A stretch of DNA of 46,500 nt from a virus (lineage: Duplodnaviria; Caudoviricetes), in IMG/VR virus record IMGVR_UViG_3300020045_008194, positions 1-46,500 of that record, one strand, 5' to 3'. Positions 1 to 10,226 of the stretch are shown piece after piece. The position numbers and the translations under genes are program-made. Position 1 is the first letter of the stretch. Every line of letters begins with the position of its first letter. The notes beneath the pieces are model-generated. The model was not told the origin of the DNA. It saw nothing but the letters and a program-made list of their open reading frames with translations, and made no database searches.

Positions 1-1069
1 AAGCATCTTTTGTTCCTCCAAGTACTAAAGAGTCCCCTGTCGCAGCGTCGATATCTGGAGTCACTAGCACGGGAGAAGTATTAAAAACTGCAAGGCCTGT
101 ACCTGTCTCATCCGTTAAAGCGGTAGATAAATCTGACGACGAGAAAGACCCAAGAACCGTTGCAAGTCCTGTAGAAGTTACCGCCCCTGTCAGGTTTCCT
201 GCAGAAGGAAAATCCCACGAAGGAGCTAGAGTCGTTCCGTTTGATTTTAAAAATTGTCCAGCAGTACCGTTTGCTAAACGTGTACCTGTACCTGAAGCAC
301 CACCATAGATTAAATCTCCTCCAGTAGTCATAGGAGAAAGAGCATCAAAGGCCGTAGTTTTTGTAGAAGCTCCTGTACCTCCGTTAGCTATAGGAAGAAC
401 TCCTGTTACATCTGTAGTTAGATCTAAAGCAGAAGCTGATAAAAGACCTGATACGGCCTTTACTACTCCTGAGAGTGATCCGACTGTAGCAGTTCCATCT
501 ACATCAAGATCGTCAATACCTGAAAGATCTCCAGTGTCCGATAAAATACCTACAGAGTTTTGAACTAATTTTCCTGTAGTACTATCGAATCTTGCTAAAG
601 CATTGTCTGTAGCACTTGCAGGACCAACTACAAATGTAGATGTATCAGGACTTGCAGATAATTCCACCCAATCATTGTTTGCTAAATCTGTAGCGAATGT
701 ACCAGATGTATGCGCAGTTAAAGCATAATAAATTTTATTAGATTCGATTACCGTATCACCAATTACGTATGCCTTGGCAGTTTCCCACAATGCAAGATTT
801 CCTGCACCTCCACCACCTCCTGAAAGTTCTGTCCAGTCACCGTTAGTTATACCACCTATAAGAGTGTAATGTTTTCCATCTGCTACAACGTAAACTAACA
901 TTCCTTCCCATCTTCTTAAAGATGATAGAGCATCTCTAGCTGTAACGTCTGCGACACTCATTCTATCTTCGATAGGAAGTGCAGCGTTCATTGTAAAGTT
1001 AGAAGAAAGCGGAATACCTGCAAAGGTTTCGAAAGTTACCAAGAGTAAAAGTAATAACAATTTTTTCAT
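1..1069 (-). CDS. Tail fibre protein (3'-truncated at window edge) with N-terminal signal peptide
   Basis: Not in the ORF track; translated by hand from ATG at 1069 and open to position 1. MKKLLLLLLLVTFETFA-GIPLSSNF..., a CBM5/12-like stretch (WETAKAYVIGDTVIESNKIYYALTAHTS) and fibre shaft motifs GPASATDNALARFDSTTGKLVQNS, TGVLPIANGGTG, GTAGQFLKSNG, LTDETGTG. Confidence 0.85.
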   Translation of the reverse strand, partial: MKKLLLLLLLVTFETFAGIPLSSNFTMNAALPIEDRMSVADVTARDALSSLRRWEGMLVYVVADGKHYTLIGGITNGDWTELSGGGGGAGNLALWETAKAYVIGDTVIESNKIYYALTAHTSGTFATDLANNDWVELSASPDTSTFVVGPASATDNALARFDSTTGKLVQNSVGILSDTGDLSGIDDLDVDGTATVGSLSGVVKAVSGLLSASALDLTTDVTGVLPIANGGTGASTKTTAFDALSPMTTGGDLIYGGASGTGTRLANGTAGQFLKSNGTTLAPSWDFPSAGNLTGAVTSTGLATVLGSFSSSDLSTALTDETGTGLAVFNTSPVLVTPDIDAATGDSLVLGGTKDA

Positions 1070-1081
1070 ATATGCCTCGTA

Positions 1082-2401
1082 TTATCGTTTGAATGTAAAG
1101 TTTGTTGATCCAGCTACTACAGGGTTTTCAAATTCATAAATGAAATATGATACCGCGCTTGCATCTAGACCTGTAATGTTCTCAGTTCTTTTAGTCCATG
1201 ATGAGAAAGTTTCAAATCCGTTTTCATCTAGAATAGAAACTAAGTCACCGTATGATGCTGGATAAGCGAAATAATAAACATCACCATCTAGTGTAGTAAA
1301 AGTTGTGTTATAGTTAGCGTTTGAATTAATTACAAGTTTTGTCATAGCTGCAACTTGAGCAGCAGTCCTAGAAGGTGCTCCGTTACCTTTATAATAAGGA
1401 TAGACAAAAGAGTACGTTACGTTTGACGTAACTGTAGTTGGTCCACCACCACCTGCTGCATCTGTAACAGCAACTGTAAAAGTTGTAGTATCTGTAAATG
1501 GTCCTGCAAATATAGTGCTTGATGTACCTGATCCTGTTTGTACAGGAGGGGCCATATCTTCGATTGTTGTTGCACCTTGAGTGAATAAAATTCTAGCAAT
1601 ATCATTTGCTCTCTTGGTAACGTTAACACTTAAAGTGACGTTTGATACCGATGTACCTTTTTCTCTTAAACTATTTGATGATCCTGTAAAAGATGCTATT
1701 AATGGACCAAGATAAGTGAAGTCTAGAATTTTTTCTAAAGTATCTCTAAGACCTACGCTTGACCAAGCTCCAAAACGTGAAGAGAAACCTGTAAGTACAA
1801 AATCATCCCATTCAACGTCACCGTCTAGACTTGAAGCTTTTACTAAAGCTGCTCCAGTATCTCCACCCGCTGGAATTAAACCCGGATTATTAGTAGCAAT
1901 ACCAAGTTTAAAACCTGTACCTGTTTCGTTAATAATGATAGGAGCACCTGGATTAGTTGCAAGCCCAGGAGGTAAAGTAGTATCAAAATTATCGTCAAGT
2001 TCATGAACCTTTAAAGATCTTCCTACTAAATAGGCAAGACGTTGAACTGCACCAACGATCCAGTCCAGTGCCATTTCAAAAGTTTTTAAATCAAACGAAG
2101 ATTTGTTATTGAACTGATAAGGTTGTGTAGGTTCATCATTTGCTTCAAGAAGAATGATTGTATAACCTGTGAGTAAGTCTCCAGCAGCAAGTGTTACAGA
2201 TCCTCCACCCAAGATAGGATTAAATGTAACGCTTGAAAAAAGTCCACTGTCTCCGCGAACTCGATACTCTTCTTCATCGTCATCATTGAGTATTACTACC
2301 ATCAATTGTTCGAGTGCTTCGATTTTAAAATCGAAGGTATAGGTGTCCAGATTTCCTGCACCTACGTAAGACTGTTTTGGAGCGTATGTTTTTCTTGCCA
2401 T
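1082..2401 (-). CDS. Tail fibre anchor/adaptor protein (T7 gp17-like N-terminal anchor)
   Basis: N-terminus YVGAGNLDTYTFDFKI... and FEMALDWIVGAVQRL resemble podophage fibre anchor domains; Thr/Ser-rich beta C-terminal half; follows the ejection proteins. Confidence 0.75.
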   Translation of the reverse strand: MARKTYAPKQSYVGAGNLDTYTFDFKIEALEQLMVVILNDDDEEEYRVRGDSGLFSSVTFNPILGGGSVTLAAGDLLTGYTIILLEANDEPTQPYQFNNKSSFDLKTFEMALDWIVGAVQRLAYLVGRSLKVHELDDNFDTTLPPGLATNPGAPIIINETGTGFKLGIATNNPGLIPAGGDTGAALVKASSLDGDVEWDDFVLTGFSSRFGAWSSVGLRDTLEKILDFTYLGPLIASFTGSSNSLREKGTSVSNVTLSVNVTKRANDIARILFTQGATTIEDMAPPVQTGSGTSSTIFAGPFTDTTTFTVAVTDAAGGGGPTTVTSNVTYSFVYPYYKGNGAPSRTAAQVAAMTKLVINSNANYNTTFTTLDGDVYYFAYPASYGDLVSILDENGFETFSSWTKRTENITGLDASAVSYFIYEFENPVVAGSTNFTFKR

Positions 2402-2439
2402 AATGAAATCCTTACATCGACATTTATTCTTGTCAATTT

Positions 2440-5400
2440 TTAGTTATTAACTTGTCTTTTTAAATACTCTTTTACTTCTCTAACTGTTTTAAATTTTTCA
2501 AGATCAGGTATTCCAGCTTCATCACCAAGGATATCACTCAACTTCACATTGTCTTTTGAGTTGTATATAGAAATGTAGTTGTCTAAACCAAACTTGTGTG
2601 CTCCTAAAAGAGTAGATGTATCTACAGGAACTTCAGAGGCCAGAAGTCCACGAGTGTTGTCTTGTATTTGCCAGTTCATAGCTTTTTCTTGTTGAGCTGG
2701 ATCTTTAGCGACACGACCGTTTTCTGTAAGTCCCATATCAGGATTTAAAGTAGCAATCTCGTTCCAACGTTCTTCAGTAAATTGATAGATCCCAGCAGCT
2801 CCAGTAAAGTTATCTACCTTAGTCCAGTCTCCACCAGATAAAATATTTTTAATATCTTCCTTGGCATTTTCAGGAATTAAATCTTTTACAGGTTCATCAA
2901 ATTGCGGAAGAGTTTTTTTATACTCTATTAAATCATTAATGAATGGTTGAGCATCCGGTTCGTCTTTGAACATTTTAGCAAATGCAGAAATTTCTTTGTT
3001 AAGATCTCTTATGTTTTCTTCAAGGATCTTTCCACCTTTTCTCATCTCTTTGCTGTCCATAGCTTCGTAAGCTTTCCACGCTCCGTTAGTTGGTGCTCCA
3101 CCCACGATATATCCAGCAGTCGTTAAAAGGGCCTTACGTTGTGGTTTAGATAGTGTTGGAGTGACACCTTTCTTTTTCATCCCTAAAGCTTTACGAGCTT
3201 CAGCGCGTGCCATTTGAAGAAGTTCTTTAAGAGCGATAATACCCATTGCTGTATCTGATAAAACTCCCATGATAGGTGTTGAAACACTTCTGTAATCAGA
3301 TCGTACTTCCTGTCCAACAGCATATTTAACAGCGTCTACACCGGGAATATCTTCTAGTAATGCACTAACAGGAGCAGTCGCAAAATCCCATGCTTTATCA
3401 AGAGCAAAGTCAGAAGCAGACTCAAAGTCTTTTACTTTCTTTAATTCTTCTTCCCAATCGTCACCTTTGCCGCGAATTGTATTTAACAGTCCTTGAGCAA
3501 CACCTGCCATAGTCATAATCATTATAGTATTTGCAGCAGCTTTACCGTATTGTCCACGTTTAAAGTTACCTCTGATTCTGTTAATTTGAGCAATGGAAGT
3601 ATTTAATCGTGATCTTCTATCTGTAAAATATCTTGCAAAAATTGATACAATTTTATTCTTTTCAAATGCTGTTTTGTCTTCTGGTGAACTTGCAGTTAAA
3701 GATAAGTCTATAGCTTGTTGAACAACAGCCTGAAGTGTTTTATCACGTTCAGCTTCAGTCATAGCGTCTACTCTTTCTTTAGAATAACCTTCAATGTCAC
3801 CATTTAAAAATTGCTCAGAGATTGCACCTGTTGCGATTGACTTGATAAAATTATCTGTCTCACGTACAAGAGAGAATGAAGCATTGATTGCTTGTTTTTG
3901 TAGATCTCTTATCTTGGCAATTGATTGTCCTGAAGTGTTTAACCACTTTTTTAAAAATGCTCCATCTGAAACAATTAAACCATCGTACGAATCTTTAATC
4001 ATGGTATTATCAATACCGTCTTTTTCTAATTTGATATCTGGATTGATATCTGACATTTGTTTTACGTAACCACTAAAGTTAGTAATGTTACTTAAAACTT
4101 TTCCAACTTGAGCAGCTAGATATAGAGGAGTTTTCGGTCCCATTCTAACTACCAAGTTAGCTAGAGAAGTAGGCTGGATTGCAGCAGATCCTAAGTTTAA
4201 TCCAATAGTTTTTACAGCGTGTAGAGAATGAAGTTTACTAATTACTCCATTGAATAGAGCGTTTTGCTCTTGAAATAAAGTAGACTCTCTTTCGCTTGTT
4301 TTACTGATCGAATCTTTAACACTATTTAAAAAAGATGCAAATTCTTGTTGTCCTATAATCGCTTGCATATTTGCAGCGTTCTTAGGATTCTTTAATATTT
4401 TAAGAGCTTCGATTCCTGTCTCTCTAAAATGAATGTCATGTGCGAACTCATTAGAGAATTCAATGAAGTTAGTAAAGTTTAGATCAAGTGGACGATCTCC
4501 ACCACTACGACTTTTTAATCGACCTTGCTGAGTCTGTTCAGCAGATCTTAGTTTTGCAAACTGTATCCCTTCATCTGATAATGTAGAATTTTCTTCAAGA
4601 TCTGTTTGCATATCAGCAGCTCTCTGAGCAGCAGTCCTCATCATAGATTTTAAAGGATAGTATCCACCGGGTAAAACTTTTCCTCTGTGAATTATAGGAA
4701 CACCTTTTACAGCTTCTGGAGATTGTCCAGTTGTTCTTTCATGAAGTGCAAAACTTCTCGCTTCAAAACGCTTCCATCTATCAACTAAAAATGCTTGAAC
4801 AAAAGCTGCATCGTTTTCATCTAAATGAACGTCTAGAATTGATTGCATTTTTTCAGGAGTCATTTCAACACCATTAGAGTCTTTGAAATTTTTCATTCTT
4901 TCGCGACCGTCAGGATCTCCCATATACGCCTGAAGAACTAATAAATCAGTCTTGCGAATTGAAGCTTCACCATCAATACCAAGAGAAGAAATGTCTTTGA
5001 ACTCAGGTACATCTATCCATTCATTTTGCATTTCCTTAAATTTATCCATTCCGTAGAATTTCTTTATAAGTTCTTTATCATTTTTAACAATGTCGAAAAC
5101 TTCTAGTCTCTCATTTGTACGAGCATTTTTAAAAGGATTACCGAAAAGTTGATTGAAAAGACCGTTAGGTTTATCTTCATCTAACTTGCTGACTGTACTT
5201 TTAATACTTGCAAATGCTGAAATCAATGTACGAACACTTTTATAAAAAGTAGACATAACACTTAGATTTCTATCAGTTTCAACTTTAGTTTTATTCTCAT
5301 CGTAATCGAAATGAGCTTTAGCAGCGATATCAATTTGATTTTCTATACGCTCTTGGGTTTGTAGTTCTACGCGAGCTTCAGCAGCTCCTAAAACTTTATT

Positions 5401-8388
5401 CTTATATTTAGCTTTTTTAAGTAACCACTCACCAGCCTCAGTAATTGCTTGGTACTGTTCTAAAGTTATATCTTTGTATGATTGTTGTACGTCATCTAAA
5501 CGAGTAGGAATTACAGGTGTCCAATCTCCTAACTCTGCTTGAGACTTTACAAATTTTTGAAATGACAATTTTTCAGCAGCTCCACGAACTGCACCGTCAA
5601 GTCTATATACTGCCAAGAAATCATTTATTGCATCACTCATTCCAGCTTCTTTAAATGTTTGCTGAACTGAAGGAGTAGATATAGATTTCCAGAACTTCTC
5701 ATACTTCTTAATTTTCATAAGAGCATTAATAGACTCTTTTCTAAACTCGTTATTTAGAGCAGCTTTGCCTTTGTTCTCAAAAGCTTGTTCATAACGCCCA
5801 CCTAAGAAATCTTGTAGAGCAGCTTTCTGAGCTTTAGATTCTCCAACTTTAAATTTGTTAGGGATGATATTTTTAACAGTCATTTTATTGATTGTTTCTT
5901 TTGCTTCAAGATTTAAAGCTTCAACAGTCGGAGTAGGAGTAGCAATCTTAATGATACCGCGATTGTTAGTTTTATATTCTTTCGTGCGCATGTACTCAGC
6001 TTCTTTTAAATGAATACGAGTAAGGTTTGTGAAAGCTGCTTCACGTTTAGAAATCTTAGCAGGTTTAGTTGTCTGCTCAATTCTATTGCGAAGTTGTATT
6101 TCACGTTGAGCGCGAAGAGATTGCACTTCTTTACGCGATGGAGTTTCTGCAAGGATACGAAGTAACTCGTCACCTGACTCAACACCGTTAAGTGCAGCAG
6201 ACTCATCTAAAGATAGTCCACCTTCTACAAATACTTTACGCTTCTCCATCTTCACTCTGTTATCTACATTGCCAAGATAAATTTCACGTTGAGCTTCGTC
6301 TAGTGAACGAGGATCGATGGCCATTGGAGAATAGCCTTTCTTCTTATGATCTACAGTAATAGCGTTTATAACTTTTCTATCGTTAAACTTTTCTAAGATT
6401 TTAAATTCTGTATCAAGTTTTTTAATATCGTAAGCAATGTCTTTCTCATTAACATCTCTGAAAATTCTGTTGTTGATTGTTTCAAACTCATCGTCTACTT
6501 CTTGCTTTATAGCATCTGCAACTGCAAGACGTGCATCAAGGTGAGCAGATCCGAAAGCTATAGCTTCGTCCTTGGTCATTACACCTGGCATCTCGTCAAA
6601 CGTCTGTGATTCAATATATTCATTTCTACCTGCATACGGATTAGGATCTTCAGCAAGCTTTGAAAGTTCTTCTAATTTTGCTTGTAGCTCAGGAGTGATT
6701 ACACCGTCTACACCAAGAGTAGCAAGGATCTCAGCTCGTTTAGTATCTGCTTGTTCTAAGCGATCTATAAAGCCTTTAGCGTTGCCTTTAGCTGTTAAAG
6801 CGTTTTCACCTTCAGGAGTGAGAGTCATGTAGTCTGCAAGGTCAGGGTAGACCATTACAGCCTCGATGAGATCTGCTTTATTAACTGGAACAGGAGTACC
6901 TAGTCGAATTGAAGTTTTTGTAAGCTCGCTATCAGGATCAATAAGTTTTCTAACTAAATCACCTTTCTCTTTGTTGTCAGCAAACATTCCTAAATCTTCT
7001 ACACTGAAGAAAACATTTTCATCAATTCCCATCGAAGCGTTTACTTTTTTCATAAAGTAATTCATTTCAGTCGGAGCAACTTTATTCATCTTCGTATCTT
7101 TTACATCTTTAGCAAGAGCTTTCATGTTCTCAGCAGCAGTTACAACTTCTGTTCGCTTTTGTGATACTTGTTGAACTTCAGTGTATCTTTCTTTCAGTCC
7201 TTTATATCCTGCTGCTCCTGTAGCTCCAGATATTGCTCCACCTGCGAATCCACCAAGAGCTGCTGCTTTTCCAGCTTGTTTCCATGTTTGTAAATCAGTT
7301 AGAGACTCAGTTAAAGCATTTGTAAAACTTGCTTCAGTCTCATCCATCTTCCCAAACTTTTCACCAACAATTTGCAGGATTTCTTGTAAAGCTTCTTCTC
7401 CACCTTCAGCAGATACAGACTTTACAACTCCTCCGAGCACTTCCATCTTGGCCATTAAAGCAGGACTCTCAGTTAATAGCTTTGCTGCCAATTTAGGAGA
7501 TGTGAATCTTTTTAAGAACGGATTTGCTTTTGCTAGAACTTTACCTGCGATACCACCTGCAACACCTGAAACAACTCCCACGCCTTGAGAAATCATTCTG
7601 CGTCTTTCTGGATCTACATTTAAGTCTTTACCTGTAGCATCCTTTGCAAACATTAAAGTATTGTTTATGCTGTCTCTAGTTTGCTTATAGGCATCGAGTC
7701 CTGAGACTACTGTAGACGCTACAATGAATCCTTTCCCAAAACCTGCTACAGCACCGGGAGCTGCGCCTACACCACCTGCTAAAGCTCCTAGACCTGCTCC
7801 ACCTGCTGTGAATCCACCAAGGATACTAGCTGTCAAACCTGCGTTCTCTGTGTAAGCTCGTCCCATATCTACAATCGCACCTACACCTTCCGTGATAAAT
7901 TTTTCAGTATCACTGATATCTGGAATAGCTGCATGAGATTGAGACATTGTTTCGATTTGAGCATTGATGCTTTTTAAAGCTTCCATGTCTCCTTCAGATA
8001 AACTTCCATCTACAAGTTCTTTACCTGCAAGTTCATTCGCATCTCTTTGAAGCACTGGAAGATCAATAGTAGCTTCTTTGTAGTATTTAAAACGTGATTC
8101 AAAAGTATTCAGCTTTGATACGTCTTCTTTTGCAAGTGAAGCATGTTGTTCGGATCTCTTTAAATAATTTTGAGTTTCAGGTTGTACCTGTGCAGGCATT
8201 CTCTCAAATGTTTCAGCACGAGGATCAAGTTCAGTTTTTAAACTTTTATATTGATCTGGTCCAACTTCAAATAAGTTTGCACGACTAATGTTAGTAGCAG
8301 CTTCTTCAGGAGAAGTTTGAGCTGCTGTCAGTACTGGACCTAATGATTTATCTTGAGAAACAATTTCAGGGACGATTTCGATTTCCAT
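2440..8388 (-). CDS. Large internal virion/DNA ejection protein with C-terminal lysozyme-like domain
   Basis: 1982 aa, helical with Gly/Ala-rich membrane-like segments; C-terminal SGG...GAAGIYQFTEERW resembles lytic transglycosylase motifs; last of three ejection genes. Confidence 0.75.
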   Translation of the reverse strand: MEIEIVPEIVSQDKSLGPVLTAAQTSPEEAATNISRANLFEVGPDQYKSLKTELDPRAETFERMPAQVQPETQNYLKRSEQHASLAKEDVSKLNTFESRFKYYKEATIDLPVLQRDANELAGKELVDGSLSEGDMEALKSINAQIETMSQSHAAIPDISDTEKFITEGVGAIVDMGRAYTENAGLTASILGGFTAGGAGLGALAGGVGAAPGAVAGFGKGFIVASTVVSGLDAYKQTRDSINNTLMFAKDATGKDLNVDPERRRMISQGVGVVSGVAGGIAGKVLAKANPFLKRFTSPKLAAKLLTESPALMAKMEVLGGVVKSVSAEGGEEALQEILQIVGEKFGKMDETEASFTNALTESLTDLQTWKQAGKAAALGGFAGGAISGATGAAGYKGLKERYTEVQQVSQKRTEVVTAAENMKALAKDVKDTKMNKVAPTEMNYFMKKVNASMGIDENVFFSVEDLGMFADNKEKGDLVRKLIDPDSELTKTSIRLGTPVPVNKADLIEAVMVYPDLADYMTLTPEGENALTAKGNAKGFIDRLEQADTKRAEILATLGVDGVITPELQAKLEELSKLAEDPNPYAGRNEYIESQTFDEMPGVMTKDEAIAFGSAHLDARLAVADAIKQEVDDEFETINNRIFRDVNEKDIAYDIKKLDTEFKILEKFNDRKVINAITVDHKKKGYSPMAIDPRSLDEAQREIYLGNVDNRVKMEKRKVFVEGGLSLDESAALNGVESGDELLRILAETPSRKEVQSLRAQREIQLRNRIEQTTKPAKISKREAAFTNLTRIHLKEAEYMRTKEYKTNNRGIIKIATPTPTVEALNLEAKETINKMTVKNIIPNKFKVGESKAQKAALQDFLGGRYEQAFENKGKAALNNEFRKESINALMKIKKYEKFWKSISTPSVQQTFKEAGMSDAINDFLAVYRLDGAVRGAAEKLSFQKFVKSQAELGDWTPVIPTRLDDVQQSYKDITLEQYQAITEAGEWLLKKAKYKNKVLGAAEARVELQTQERIENQIDIAAKAHFDYDENKTKVETDRNLSVMSTFYKSVRTLISAFASIKSTVSKLDEDKPNGLFNQLFGNPFKNARTNERLEVFDIVKNDKELIKKFYGMDKFKEMQNEWIDVPEFKDISSLGIDGEASIRKTDLLVLQAYMGDPDGRERMKNFKDSNGVEMTPEKMQSILDVHLDENDAAFVQAFLVDRWKRFEARSFALHERTTGQSPEAVKGVPIIHRGKVLPGGYYPLKSMMRTAAQRAADMQTDLEENSTLSDEGIQFAKLRSAEQTQQGRLKSRSGGDRPLDLNFTNFIEFSNEFAHDIHFRETGIEALKILKNPKNAANMQAIIGQQEFASFLNSVKDSISKTSERESTLFQEQNALFNGVISKLHSLHAVKTIGLNLGSAAIQPTSLANLVVRMGPKTPLYLAAQVGKVLSNITNFSGYVKQMSDINPDIKLEKDGIDNTMIKDSYDGLIVSDGAFLKKWLNTSGQSIAKIRDLQKQAINASFSLVRETDNFIKSIATGAISEQFLNGDIEGYSKERVDAMTEAERDKTLQAVVQQAIDLSLTASSPEDKTAFEKNKIVSIFARYFTDRRSRLNTSIAQINRIRGNFKRGQYGKAAANTIMIMTMAGVAQGLLNTIRGKGDDWEEELKKVKDFESASDFALDKAWDFATAPVSALLEDIPGVDAVKYAVGQEVRSDYRSVSTPIMGVLSDTAMGIIALKELLQMARAEARKALGMKKKGVTPTLSKPQRKALLTTAGYIVGGAPTNGAWKAYEAMDSKEMRKGGKILEENIRDLNKEISAFAKMFKDEPDAQPFINDLIEYKKTLPQFDEPVKDLIPENAKEDIKNILSGGDWTKVDNFTGAAGIYQFTEERWNEIATLNPDMGLTENGRVAKDPAQQEKAMNWQIQDNTRGLLASEVPVDTSTLLGAHKFGLDNYISIYNSKDNVKLSDILGDEAGIPDLEKFKTVREVKEYLKRQVNN

Positions 8389-10226
8389 TACATGCCTGCT
8401 GTAGAAGAGTTAATCTGTTGAGTGCTTAACCAGTTTAGAAATTTCTTATCCTTAGAAGTAGGAAAAATTTGTCCATTTGTCATAGTGTCCCTATATTTCT
8501 TCTTAAAAGGTAAAAGTTCTTTATCGGTCATTCTAAGAGTATCTTTCTTGACAGGAGCTGTCGATGCAGGATCTTTAGGAGATGGAGCACCTACTACTTT
8601 TTTACGAGGTTCAGGATTAAAAACTCTTCCAGCAATTTCGTCAGCCGCAAATTTGTTGACAAAGTCTCTCGTTTCCTTCGGGTTCATTGGACCGTACTTT
8701 TCCATAGCATCTAGAAGCTTTGTACGTGAGTTTAAAATTACACGTTGCTCTTCACTGTCGTATCTACCGTAGTCGTTCTTCTCAATGAACTCACCTTTAA
8801 ATAATTGCTCTTCTAACATTGCACCAATGCGTTTTACAGATGCAGACTCCTCGCCAGGTGTAACTGTCTTGGCCTTATTGTAAATGTTAGTGTACTTAGT
8901 TTTATCGGCTTTACTTAAACCTACAGTGTACTTACGAAATTGTTCAGGTGAAAGATCTTCTAGACGTATATCTGGATTATCACCAAAGACTATTGCTTGC
9001 AGTTCCATCTCAGCTTTTTCATCTGTAACTTTGGGAGCAATAACCATTTCTTCAATGGCCTTACGTCCTTTAGCATCTAGGTTACTGTAGCGAGCTTTAA
9101 ATTCTGGATCAGCTTCAAGCTCTGCAAAACCGTTGAAAGGATTTTGAGAATTCATACGAGCTTCTACACTTTTTGCAAGTGATTCGTAGTTTTGAGTTTC
9201 TCTACGATTTTTCATGTTCTCTAAACGACGATCATCTGTATCTTTAATCTTCAACATCTCAGATCGTACTTCAGGATCTTTCTGACTGTTGATATACGAC
9301 AATTGTTCAGACTCAGACTTTCCACGGATCTTTGCGATCTCGTCATATGCTGTTTGCTTTACTCCAGCAGCTTGAAGTCTATTATCTAATGTTGTTTTAG
9401 TTTTAGCATCCAGATAAGGTCTGTACCTTTCCATTGCTTGCTTAGCTTCTTCAGTGTACCCAGCAGCTTCCATTGAAGCGATAGACTGTCCTACACCTTC
9501 AGAAATTTCCTTAGCCGTTCTCATCTTGGCGATGTCAGTTAACTTAACTTTTACGATTTTACCGTCACCGTCTGTATACGTATGATCCCAAGATTTCGCA
9601 TCGTCTGGAAGAACTTCTCCAGTACCTTTATCGATTGCACGTTGAGCTATCGTAGTTCTGATATCGTTGATACCTTTATCGAACTCCAAGTATGAACCGG
9701 GGTCATTCTTCTGAATGTAAGATGCTCTATTTGATAGATCAGTTTTTTTTAGTTTTACACTTGCTTCATATACGTTGTTTTTAAAAGTCTCTTGTTGAGC
9801 ACCACGCTGTTTAAGAGCTGCAACTTGTTCGTCTTGAGCAGTCTTAGTAAGTGCTCCAGTCAAATGTCTTTTTACACGCTCATTAACATCTGGACGAGAA
9901 TTTAAAATTGCATCATATTTTTCTTTAGCATCTTTATCGTATTGTACGTAAGCGTCTGTTGGATCACCTTCGTAGTTTTTTAATTCACTAAGTTTTTGAT
10001 CGTTCCATGTTTTATATTCGATCTCAGCTTGCTGAGAAAGAGATGCAATTTCTTGATCTTCAAACTTTTGATAAATATCTAAACCTTTCTCAGCAACACT
10101 TGTAACTGCGTTTGTTCTATTTAAAATGTCTGAAGCATTATCCTGAACACGTAAATTAATACGATCATTAGCAGGTAACGATTCGCTTGGAGTAACTCTT
10201 TTTAGTGTTGGTATTTCTACTGCCAT
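8388..10226 (-). CDS. Internal virion (ejection) protein
   Basis: 612 aa charged helical protein between the small and large ejection proteins; podophage synteny. Confidence 0.65.
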   Translation of the reverse strand: MAVEIPTLKRVTPSESLPANDRINLRVQDNASDILNRTNAVTSVAEKGLDIYQKFEDQEIASLSQQAEIEYKTWNDQKLSELKNYEGDPTDAYVQYDKDAKEKYDAILNSRPDVNERVKRHLTGALTKTAQDEQVAALKQRGAQQETFKNNVYEASVKLKKTDLSNRASYIQKNDPGSYLEFDKGINDIRTTIAQRAIDKGTGEVLPDDAKSWDHTYTDGDGKIVKVKLTDIAKMRTAKEISEGVGQSIASMEAAGYTEEAKQAMERYRPYLDAKTKTTLDNRLQAAGVKQTAYDEIAKIRGKSESEQLSYINSQKDPEVRSEMLKIKDTDDRRLENMKNRRETQNYESLAKSVEARMNSQNPFNGFAELEADPEFKARYSNLDAKGRKAIEEMVIAPKVTDEKAEMELQAIVFGDNPDIRLEDLSPEQFRKYTVGLSKADKTKYTNIYNKAKTVTPGEESASVKRIGAMLEEQLFKGEFIEKNDYGRYDSEEQRVILNSRTKLLDAMEKYGPMNPKETRDFVNKFAADEIAGRVFNPEPRKKVVGAPSPKDPASTAPVKKDTLRMTDKELLPFKKKYRDTMTNGQIFPTSKDKKFLNWLSTQQINSSTAGM

